DNA of 64,000 nucleotides from Escherichia coli (GTDB lineage Bacteria; Pseudomonadota; Gammaproteobacteria; Enterobacterales; Enterobacteriaceae): NCBI RefSeq assembly GCF_048403405.1, contig NZ_CP183129.1; one strand, 5' to 3'. Shown piece by piece: positions 56,479 to 64,000 of this stretch (position 1 is its first letter; each line of letters starts with the position of its first letter). The notes under the pieces were generated by a model. It saw only the letters and a program-made list of their open reading frames with translations, ran no database searches and was not told where the DNA came from. The position numbers and the translations under genes were made by a program.

Positions 56479-57852
56479 TTACTTGAGTGATGACATGCCG
56501 CCGCCCAGCGACTGCCAGAGCGTGATTCGGTTTGTAAAATCAGTCAGTTGTAGTGCCAGCAGCGCCTGCTGTGCGCTCCACAAGCTGCGCTGCGCCGTCA
56601 ACACGGTCAGGTAATCACCAACACCCGCCTGATAGCGACGCAAGCCAACATCGACCGTTTGTTGCTCAGCTTTAACATACTGGCGCTGTGCATCCAGTTG
56701 CTCTTCAAGCGTGGTCCGCCGCGCCAGTGCGTTAGCGACATCTTTAAATGCGCTCTGAACGGTTTTTTCATAGGTGGCAATGAGTCCACGCTTTTGTGCT
56801 TCTGCGTAACGAAGCTGCGCCAGATTACTTCCGCCAGTGAACAGCGGTAATGTGACCGATGGCGTAAATGACCAGATCTGCATTCCGTGGCTGAACAACG
56901 ACGACAATGCTTCACTGCCAACACCAGCGCTGGCAGTCAGCGAAATCGTCGGAAAAAAGTTAGCCCGCGCCGCGCCAATATCGGCATTGGCGCTCTTCAA
57001 ATTATGTTCCGCTTCCTGGATATCCGGGCGACGCAGCAGAACGTCAGATGACACTCCCGCAGGAACCAGACTTATCATCTGTTCCGGCAGGCTTTCCAGT
57101 GTTCCCGGTAGCAAATTTTCCTCAAGCGTTGTACCTGCCAGTAAGTTCAGCGCATTTTTATCCTGCATCACTTGTGTCTGATAGCTGGCAACGCTGGCGC
57201 GCGCTTGCTGATAAACACTCATCGCCTCACTGACATCTGTCGCTGCCGCCGTGCCAACCTGTTGCTGGCGCTGGATAATTTTCAATGAGTTTTCTGCACT
57301 GGCCATCGTTTCTTTTGCCAGGGCCAGGTTGCTGTTATCAGCCGCCAGTGTCAGCCAGGCGGTGCTGATTTCAGCAATCAGCGTTAAACGAGTGTTCTGG
57401 GCTGTAAATTCACTGGCAAGCCAGGTTTCCCGCGCCGCCCGAGATAAACTCTGATTACGACCAAACAGATCTAACGTAAAACTGGACACCGTGCCGTCAG
57501 CCTCGGCAGTGGTTTCCGTACCATTCGCCAGCGAACGACTGCGGGTTGAACTTAAGGCCGCATTCACCGTCGGGAATAACGACGCATTAGTTTGCCCATA
57601 GAGCGCCCGTGCTGAGTCAATATCAGCAATCGCTTTTTGCACATCGCGGTTACTGTTCAGTGCAATAGTCACCACCTGCTGCAATCGGGGATCGTGGATC
57701 ACCTGCTGCCAGTCATGGCTGATTGCCTTTCCCTGGCCCTGTGCTCCCGGCAAGGTCGCCGGGATTGGGGATTCAGGCGTGCTGTAGTGGGGCTCGAGCG
57801 AGACACATCCCGCACTCAACAGCACCAGAAAAATAAGAGAACGACGCAACAT
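56479..57852 (-). CDS. Outer-membrane efflux lipoprotein, NodT/OprM family
   Basis: 457-aa ORF; lipoprotein signal with lipobox LLSAGC; two TolC-like repeat halves. Confidence 0.85.
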   Translation of the reverse strand: MLRRSLIFLVLLSAGCVSLEPHYSTPESPIPATLPGAQGQGKAISHDWQQVIHDPRLQQVVTIALNSNRDVQKAIADIDSARALYGQTNASLFPTVNAALSSTRSRSLANGTETTAEADGTVSSFTLDLFGRNQSLSRAARETWLASEFTAQNTRLTLIAEISTAWLTLAADNSNLALAKETMASAENSLKIIQRQQQVGTAAATDVSEAMSVYQQARASVASYQTQVMQDKNALNLLAGTTLEENLLPGTLESLPEQMISLVPAGVSSDVLLRRPDIQEAEHNLKSANADIGAARANFFPTISLTASAGVGSEALSSLFSHGMQIWSFTPSVTLPLFTGGSNLAQLRYAEAQKRGLIATYEKTVQSAFKDVANALARRTTLEEQLDAQRQYVKAEQQTVDVGLRRYQAGVGDYLTVLTAQRSLWSAQQALLALQLTDFTNRITLWQSLGGGMSSLK

Positions 57853-57855
57853 AAC

Positions 57856-60800
57856 TTACTCCTGACGGCGCGGTTTACCGGCAAACAAACGTTTCACCAG
57901 TACAAAAAACAGAGGAACAAAGAAAATAGCCAGCAACGTAGCGGTCAGCGTACCGCCAATAATGCCCGTACCAATGGCGATGCGGCTGTTCGCCCCTGCG
58001 CCGGTTGCTATCGCCAGCGGCATTACCCCCGCAATAAACGCCAGCGAGGTCATGATGATTGGGCGTAAACGAGTCTGCGCCGCGCGTAATGCCGCACGAC
58101 TCAAGGAATAGCCCTCTGCAACCGCCGCTTCAGCAAATTCCACAATCAGAATGGCGTTTTTCGACGACAAGCCGATAGTGGTTAATAGCGCCACCTGGAA
58201 GTAAACATCGTTGTTTAAATCACGCATCCAGGCCGCCAGCGCCGCGCCAAGAAGCCCCAGAGGGATCACCAGAATGACCGAGAACGGGACTGACCAGCTT
58301 TCGTACAGTGCTGCAAGGCAGAGGAAAACCACCAGAATAGAAACTGCATACAGACTCAATGCCTGACCGCTGGCCAGTTTCTCCTGCAATGACAAACCAC
58401 TCCAGGCCCAGGTTGTTCCCGCAGGAAGACTGTTTGCCAGTTCCTCCATTTTTGTCATTGCATCGCCGGAACTAAAGCCAGTCGCATTTTCCCCCTGAAT
58501 TTCATAGGCTGCAGAACCGTTGTAGCGCACCAGTCTTTCCGGTCCATACAGCCAGCGGGTGGTTGCAAAAGCAGAGAATAGTGTCATGGCGTTATCGCTA
58601 CCGCGCACAAACCATTTACCTAAGTCTGACGGCGTGGAACGAAATTCACTGTCGCCCTGAATGTAGACTTTTTTCACACGACCACGGTCAATAAAGTCAT
58701 TCACATAAGTACCGCCCCACGCACTGGACAGGGTGTCGGTGACATCATTCAAACTCAACCCTAATGACACCGCTTTATTACTATCAATATCTACCTGCAA
58801 TTGCGGCATTTGTGGCAAATCATTGGCACGCACAGAATGTAACTCCGGACTTTGATTCGCTTTTTCTATCAACTGATTACGCATTTGCAGTAGTGTTTCG
58901 CGATCGGTTCCACCGTTAGCTAACAATTCAAACGTAAAACCATTGCTTTGCCCCAGCCCATCAACGGCTGGCGGCGTCATCGCAAATACCGTGGCATCAC
59001 GAATTGTGCCCAGCTCTTTGGTTGCCCGTAGGGCGATAGCCTGGGCGGTGTTTTCTGCCCCTTTACGTTGAGACCAGTTTTTCAACGAAACAAACGCCAT
59101 CCCGGTGTTCTGTCCGCTGCCGCTAAAACTGAAACCATCAACGGTAAAAATGACATCGGTATTTGCTTTCTCATTAATCAGGAACCAGTCAACAATCTGG
59201 CGATTCACTTCTGCTGTACGGGCAGCGGTCGCCCCGGCCGGCAGCGTGTACTGCACCATGATTTCGCCCTGGTCTTCAGTGGGTAAGAAACTGCCCGGCA
59301 GTTTCCACATCATCAGGGCCATTCCACCACCCAGTACGACATAAAGCCCCATCGTTCGAGCAGCACGGCGCAGGACATAAATTACGCCTCGCTGATATTT
59401 ATCTTCAGTACGGCGGTAAAAGCGGTTAAATGCGCCGAAAAAGCCTTTTTTATGTGGCGGAACATGCTGGAGGACGGAACCGCACAGGGCGGGAGTCAAG
59501 GTCAATGCCACTACCACGGAAAGCAGCATTGCGGAGATAATGGTTATCGAAAACTGACGATAAATTACCCCCGTAGATCCCCCAAAGAAGGCCATAGGCA
59601 GGAATACGGCTGACAACACCAGCGCAATGGCAACCAGTGCGCCAGAAATCTCGCCCATTGATTTTTCCGTGGCTTCACGCGCGGGCAACCCTTCGTCACG
59701 CATAATACGTTCGACGTTCTCCACCACCACAATGGCATCGTCCACCAGCAAGCCGATCGCCAGCACCATTGCAAACAACGTCAGGGTATTAATCGAATAG
59801 CCAAACAACGCAAGAACGCCGAATGTGCCCAGCAAAACGACGGGGACAGCTAACGCCGGAATCAGTGTGGCACGCAGGTTTTGCAGGAATAAATACATCA
59901 CGCAAACCACCAATACGATGGCTTCAAACAGCGTCTGAATTACGTCCTCTACAGAGATTTTAATAAATTCAGTGCTGTCTTTCGGGTATGCGATGTCGTA
60001 TCCCTGCGGCATGTTCCGCTGGAATTCGGCAATCTTATCCTTGACCAGCGTCGCCGTATTCAGCGCATTCGCACCGGGCGAAAGCATTACAGCAACCCCG
60101 GCAGACGGGTGACCGTTAAGTTTGCCGATAGCGGTATAATCTTCACTGCCCATCTCAACGCGAGCCACATCTTTTATACGAACAACTGCGCCGTCTGACT
60201 GGCTTTTCACGATAATATTTTTGAACTGATCCACCGTCTGCAAGCGAGACTGCGCACGTACCGTTGCGGTCAGTTGCTGAGTATTCGGTGAAGGCAATGC
60301 CCCTATTTTCCCGGCAGTAACCTGCACGTTTTGCGCTTCAATAGCACTTTGCACGTCTGAAGGCATTAGCGAGTAAGACGCCAGTTTGGCCGGGTCAAGC
60401 CAGATGCGCATAGCGTATTCCGCGCCAAAGACTTGCAGACTCCCCACACCTTCAACACGCGCCAGCGGGTCCTGAACGTTACTAACCAACCAGTCGGCGA
60501 TATCCGAACTGGAGGCTTTGTCAGTGGTGTCATACACGGCAGCAATCAGCAAAAAGTTGCTTTGTGATTTCTCCACCGTAACACCCGTTTGCTGCACTTC
60601 GCTGGGTAGGCGCGACTCCGCCTGCTGAATTTTATTCTGCACCTGAACCTGTGCAGTATCTGGATCGGTACCTTGTTCAAAGGTCACATTAATACTGACC
60701 GAACCATCAGAGCTGCTGGTTGAGCTGAAATAGAGTAAATTATCAAGCCCAGTGAGTTGTTGCTCGATAACCTGAGTCACGCTGTTCTCCAGCGTTTCGG

Positions 60801-60963
60801 CAGAAGCACCAGTATAAGTGGCTGAAATTTTAATGGTCGGTGGCGCAACGTCAGGATATTGCGCGACGGGCAATGTGCGAATAGCCAGAATCCCCGCCAA
60901 CATAATCAAAATGGCGATAACCCAGGCAAAGACCGGGCGGCGAACAAAAAAGCGCGAAAACAT
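57856..60963 (-). CDS. RND multidrug efflux permease, HAE1 (AcrB/MexB) family
   Basis: 1035-aa ORF; N-terminus (MFSRFFVRRPVFAWVIAILIMLAG..) and conserved blocks (MYLFLQNLRATLIPALAVPVVLLGTF, LLVDDAIVVVENVERIM, FLCLAALYESWSVPFSVILVIPLG) align with AcrB/MexB from memory but clearly diverge from them; start overlaps the adaptor stop. Confidence 0.9.
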   Translation of the reverse strand: MFSRFFVRRPVFAWVIAILIMLAGILAIRTLPVAQYPDVAPPTIKISATYTGASAETLENSVTQVIEQQLTGLDNLLYFSSTSSSDGSVSINVTFEQGTDPDTAQVQVQNKIQQAESRLPSEVQQTGVTVEKSQSNFLLIAAVYDTTDKASSSDIADWLVSNVQDPLARVEGVGSLQVFGAEYAMRIWLDPAKLASYSLMPSDVQSAIEAQNVQVTAGKIGALPSPNTQQLTATVRAQSRLQTVDQFKNIIVKSQSDGAVVRIKDVARVEMGSEDYTAIGKLNGHPSAGVAVMLSPGANALNTATLVKDKIAEFQRNMPQGYDIAYPKDSTEFIKISVEDVIQTLFEAIVLVVCVMYLFLQNLRATLIPALAVPVVLLGTFGVLALFGYSINTLTLFAMVLAIGLLVDDAIVVVENVERIMRDEGLPAREATEKSMGEISGALVAIALVLSAVFLPMAFFGGSTGVIYRQFSITIISAMLLSVVVALTLTPALCGSVLQHVPPHKKGFFGAFNRFYRRTEDKYQRGVIYVLRRAARTMGLYVVLGGGMALMMWKLPGSFLPTEDQGEIMVQYTLPAGATAARTAEVNRQIVDWFLINEKANTDVIFTVDGFSFSGSGQNTGMAFVSLKNWSQRKGAENTAQAIALRATKELGTIRDATVFAMTPPAVDGLGQSNGFTFELLANGGTDRETLLQMRNQLIEKANQSPELHSVRANDLPQMPQLQVDIDSNKAVSLGLSLNDVTDTLSSAWGGTYVNDFIDRGRVKKVYIQGDSEFRSTPSDLGKWFVRGSDNAMTLFSAFATTRWLYGPERLVRYNGSAAYEIQGENATGFSSGDAMTKMEELANSLPAGTTWAWSGLSLQEKLASGQALSLYAVSILVVFLCLAALYESWSVPFSVILVIPLGLLGAALAAWMRDLNNDVYFQVALLTTIGLSSKNAILIVEFAEAAVAEGYSLSRAALRAAQTRLRPIIMTSLAFIAGVMPLAIATGAGANSRIAIGTGIIGGTLTATLLAIFFVPLFFVLVKRLFAGKPRRQE

Positions 60964-62084
60964 CAGGCGTTGCCTCCATTAGCCTGAACTTCAACAGCCT
61001 TGACGGTCTGCCCTGAAGTGACTTTGGCAGAACCTTCAACAATCAGTCGGTCGCCGTTGTGCAGGCCGTTCAGCACCAGCCATTTATCACCATACGTTTC
61101 TCCCGTTTCGAGCGTTCGCTGCTCTACTTTATTGTCTTTATTCACCACCAGCGCAGTTGCATTGCCTTTAGCATCGCGCGTGACGCCCTGTTGCGGCGCG
61201 AGAATAGCGTCTTCCATCACGCCTTCATCGACACGAGCGCGAACAAACATTCCCGGTAATAACTGCTGTTGTGGATTGGGGAAAATCGCCCGTAATGTCA
61301 CCGAACCGGTAGACTCATCTACAGCGACTTCGGTGAGTTCCAGACGCCCTTTTTCGCTGTAGGTTGTGCCATCTTCCAGAATAAGTGAGACGCTCATGGT
61401 GTCACTGTTGGTCGCCAGTGACTGTTTACGCAGACGTAATAAATCGACACTGGAGCGAGTGAGGTCGACATACATTGTCTCCAGACCACGAATAGTCGTT
61501 AACGCTGTATCTTGCGACGCGGTCACCAGTGCGCCAGGGGTTACCGACGAAATGCCAATTCGCCCTGAAATCGGTGCGGTTACCGTGGTCCAGTCAAGAT
61601 TAATGCGCGCAGTTTCCAGCGCGGCTTTTTTCGCCTCTACACTGGCTTTATCTTGTGCACAGGTAGACTGAGCATCATCAGCATCCTGTTGTGAAACACC
61701 GTTCTCTTTCACCAGTCGGGCATAACGCTGCGCTTTCTGGCAATCGGCTTTTACCAGTGCCTGTGCTTGTTGTAATGCTGCCCGAGCTTCATTCCATGCA
61801 GCCTGATAACTGACCGCATCAATCTGGTAGAGAGGCTGTCCAGCCTTGACCAGATCCCCTTCCTTAAATAAGCGTTTCTGGATAATTCCCCCAACCTGCG
61901 GACGTACTTCAGCACTGAGCGCAGCACTGGTGCGTCCGGTTAATTCACTGACTACCGAGACCGGTTGAGATTTGACTGTAACAACGCCGACTTCTGTTTC
62001 TGACGGGGATGAATTGTTACTTTGCGTATTATCACAACCAGATAAGAGCAGCATTGCCACTACAGATGTTGCTATATACTTCAT
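60963..62084 (-). CDS. Periplasmic adaptor (membrane fusion) lipoprotein, AcrA/MexA family
   Basis: ORF 60963..62117; start placed at MKYIATSVVAMLLLSGC (62084) giving a canonical lipoprotein signal; GGAGA Shine-Dalgarno 6 nt upstream. Confidence 0.85.
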   Translation of the reverse strand: MKYIATSVVAMLLLSGCDNTQSNNSSPSETEVGVVTVKSQPVSVVSELTGRTSAALSAEVRPQVGGIIQKRLFKEGDLVKAGQPLYQIDAVSYQAAWNEARAALQQAQALVKADCQKAQRYARLVKENGVSQQDADDAQSTCAQDKASVEAKKAALETARINLDWTTVTAPISGRIGISSVTPGALVTASQDTALTTIRGLETMYVDLTRSSVDLLRLRKQSLATNSDTMSVSLILEDGTTYSEKGRLELTEVAVDESTGSVTLRAIFPNPQQQLLPGMFVRARVDEGVMEDAILAPQQGVTRDAKGNATALVVNKDNKVEQRTLETGETYGDKWLVLNGLHNGDRLIVEGSAKVTSGQTVKAVEVQANGGNA

Positions 62085-62109
62085 TATTTTCTCCAGGGTG
62101 AGAAATACC

Positions 62110-62131
62110 CTCCTCATTAAAATTAATGAGG
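62110..62131. promoter_or_regulatory. Palindrome TCCTCATTAA-N2-TTAATGAGGA upstream of the adaptor gene (candidate TetR operator)
   Basis: Perfect 10-bp inverted arms separated by 2 bp, 26-47 bp upstream of the adaptor start codon. Confidence 0.5.
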
Positions 62132-62168
62132 ATATGTCAGGGATATTCAGTTATAACGAACCCGCATC

Positions 62169-62184
62169 GCGAAATGAATTTCGC
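62169..62184. promoter_or_regulatory. Palindrome GCGAAAT-N2-ATTTCGC (second candidate operator)
   Basis: Perfect 7-bp arms; overlaps a possible -35 (TTCATT) that sits 17 nt upstream of a TTATAA -10 on the minus strand. Confidence 0.45.
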
Positions 62185-62187
62185 AAT

Positions 62188-62212
62188 GAAATAAGGGGGA
62201 TTAATATCCCCC
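62188..62212 (-). terminator. Intrinsic terminator downstream of the TetR-family gene
   Basis: Minus strand reads GGGGGA-tattaa-TCCCCC followed by TTATTTCATT. Confidence 0.55.
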
Positions 62213-62232
62213 GCTATTGGTTAATTCTGTTC

Positions 62233-62799
62233 TTATTTATTTATCAACATACTAACAATATCCTGATATATTTCCTGCAGATGTTGTGGATCGCTTTTTT
62301 GCGGTGTTAAACGACGATAAACCGTACCTTCCATCATGGTAGCAAACACTTCAACGCAGCAACGAATGTGCTCGTCGCTAAGATGGGGATGCATTCTTTT
62401 CATATGTGCACAACCGTTAGCGAACATTCTGGCGTCAGCTTCTTCAAGCATTGCCATAACCCGCGGGTTGCGTGTGGCTTCTGCAGCCACTTCCAGCATC
62501 AGCGCGTCGTCGTCCTCATTTAAGGATTTACGCAAGGCAAGGACTTCCGGGAAGTGATCGGTACGCGCGTCAATGTCCATTTGGGCAATACGAAAGTCGA
62601 TGATACGGCGAACCATCTCTTCAATAATGGCGTCTTTGTTGGCGAAGTAACGATATATCTGACCCACGCTAAGCTGAGCTTCGCTGGCAATTTGCGACAT
62701 ACTGGCGGCATGAAACCCGCAGCGACGAAAACACCGACGGGCGGCGTTAATGATTTCATCCTGACGCTGTTTGTGGCGTATCTCCAGCTTGCTGGTCAT
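62233..62799 (-). CDS. TetR/AcrR-family transcriptional repressor
   Basis: ORF 62233..62898; start placed at MTSKLEIRHKQRQDEII (62799), preceded by AGGAGA, so that the TetR HTH (..SMSQIASEAQLSVGQIYRYFANKDAI..) lies at the usual N-terminal position (188 aa). Confidence 0.8.
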   Translation of the reverse strand: MTSKLEIRHKQRQDEIINAARRCFRRCGFHAASMSQIASEAQLSVGQIYRYFANKDAIIEEMVRRIIDFRIAQMDIDARTDHFPEVLALRKSLNEDDDALMLEVAAEATRNPRVMAMLEEADARMFANGCAHMKRMHPHLSDEHIRCCVEVFATMMEGTVYRRLTPQKSDPQHLQEIYQDIVSMLINK

Positions 62800-62821
62800 T
62801 TCTGTCTCCTGGCCTATCACT

Positions 62822-62867
62822 TGGTGAGAATGATCGTTCTCATTTTTGCTGATTATACGTTTCTCCA
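62822..62867 (-). promoter_or_regulatory. Candidate promoter and autoregulatory operator of the TetR-family gene
   Basis: Perfect -10 TATAAT on the minus strand (62867..62862) followed by inverted repeat TGAGAA-N6-TTCTCA (62822..62839) in the leader. Confidence 0.45.
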
Positions 62868-63277
62868 AAGTAATGGAAAGTATTTTTATCTTATTCATGG
62901 TGCATATTCTGATAATGAAGAGATTGTGGAGATTATGTGAAGATAGTTGACAATATTAAGTTGGGGTCAATTCATCAGAAAGGCTGCTACTTGTTGTCGC
63001 CAGTTCTGTTTTCATCATCAAACTTATCGGAGCTAATACGAATAGTTTCAGAGTCAGATTCTATAAGATATTCCCCCAACCTACCCCTTGCAGGCGTCAA
63101 GAGTAGATAACGCAAAATGCTCTGTACCGCAGCTTCTCTCCGGTACAGAAAGCGCAACTATAGCCACCCACAGCCAGGTTGATTATAATAACCGTTTATC
63201 TGTTCGTACTGTTTACTAAAACGACGAATCGCCTGATTTTCAGGCACAACAAGCATCAACAATAAGGATTAAAGCTA

Positions 63278-64000
63278 TGGGTTTTCTTTCCGGTAAGCGC
63301 ATTCTGGTAACCGGTGTTGCCAGCAAACTGTCCATCGCCTACGGTATCGCTCAGGCGATGCACCGCGAAGGAGCTGAACTGGCATTCACCTACCAGAACG
63401 ACAAACTGAAAGGCCGCGTAGAAGAATTTGCCGCTCAATTGGGTTCTGACATCGTTCTGCAGTGCGATGTTGCAGAAGATGCCAGCATCGACACCATGTT
63501 CGCTGAACTGGCGAAAGTTTGGCCGAAATTTGACGGTTTCGTACACTCTATTGGTTTTGCACCTGGCGATCAGCTGGATGGTGACTATGTTAATGCCGTT
63601 ACCCGTGAAGGCTTCAAAATTGCCCACGACATCAGCTCCTACAGCTTCGTTGCAATGGCAAAAGCTTGCCGCTCCATGCTGAATCCGGGTTCTGCCCTGC
63701 TGACCCTTTCCTACCTTGGCGCTGAGCGCGCTATCCCGAACTACAACGTTATGGGTCTGGCAAAAGCGTCTCTGGAAGCAAACGTGCGCTATATGGCGAA
63801 CGCAATGGGTCCGGAAGGTGTGCGTGTTAACGCCATCTCTGCGGGTCCGATCCGTACTTTGGCGGCCTCCGGTATCAAAGACTTCCGCAAAATGCTGGCT
63901 CATTGCGAAGCCGTTACCCCGATTCGCCGTACCGTTACTATTGAAGATGTGGGTAACTCCGCGGCATTCCTGTGCTCCGATCTCTCTGCCGGTATCTCCG
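63278..64000 (+). CDS. fabI: Enoyl-ACP reductase FabI (3' end outside window)
   Basis: Open frame from ATG 63278 to the window end ([28 protein letters not shown]..), SDR-type NADH-binding N-terminus; missing from the ORF track because no stop lies in the window. Confidence 0.92.

Noticed and set aside
55258-63277. Efflux island as a recent mobile-element or integrative-element insertion
   Set aside because: No transposase, integrase, tRNA attachment site, flanking direct repeats or obvious compositional shift is visible; mobility is unsupported, although this does not rule out ancient acquisition.
63256-63903. 215-aa minus-strand ORF overlapping fabI
   Set aside because: Antisense to the clear fabI frame, which begins with a canonical ATG and SDR N-terminus; shadow ORF.

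Overview
The window is an Escherichia coli-type chromosomal segment, read in reverse orientation relative to the K-12 map as I recall it. The backbone is syntenic with K-12 from mcaS/abgR through sapF: abgRABT, ogt, fnr, uspE, ynaJ, ynaI, mppA, pgrR, ycjY-ymjC-mpaA, ycjG, tpx, tyrR, ycjF-ycjX, ycjW, ompG, the ycjMNOPQRSTUV glycoside-catabolism cluster, pspABCDE/pspF, puuPADRCBE, ymjA and sapABCDF, ending in a partial fabI. Two segments do not fit the K-12 layout. At the right end (about 55.3-62.9 kb) a five-gene, tightly coupled efflux operon (TetR-family repressor, AcrA-like adaptor, 1035-aa RND pump, NodT/OprM-like outer-membrane lipoprotein, MFS transporter) sits between sapF and fabI, where K-12 has only ycjD; this is the strongest candidate for an undescribed system. 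At the left edge (1-1.9 kb) an AraC-family regulator is divergent from a partial EmrA/HlyD-type adaptor. Other observations include a perfect 30-bp direct repeat bracketing the pgrR-ycjY-ymjC module, palindromic operator candidates in the efflux island, apparently intact ycjV and ymjC (pseudogenes in K-12), two translationally coupled micro-ORFs, REP/BIME clusters and several terminator hairpins. I saw no rRNA, tRNA, CRISPR array, transposase or integrase. All gene identities rest on reading the translations and on recalled K-12 gene order; no database search was run and no identities were computed.
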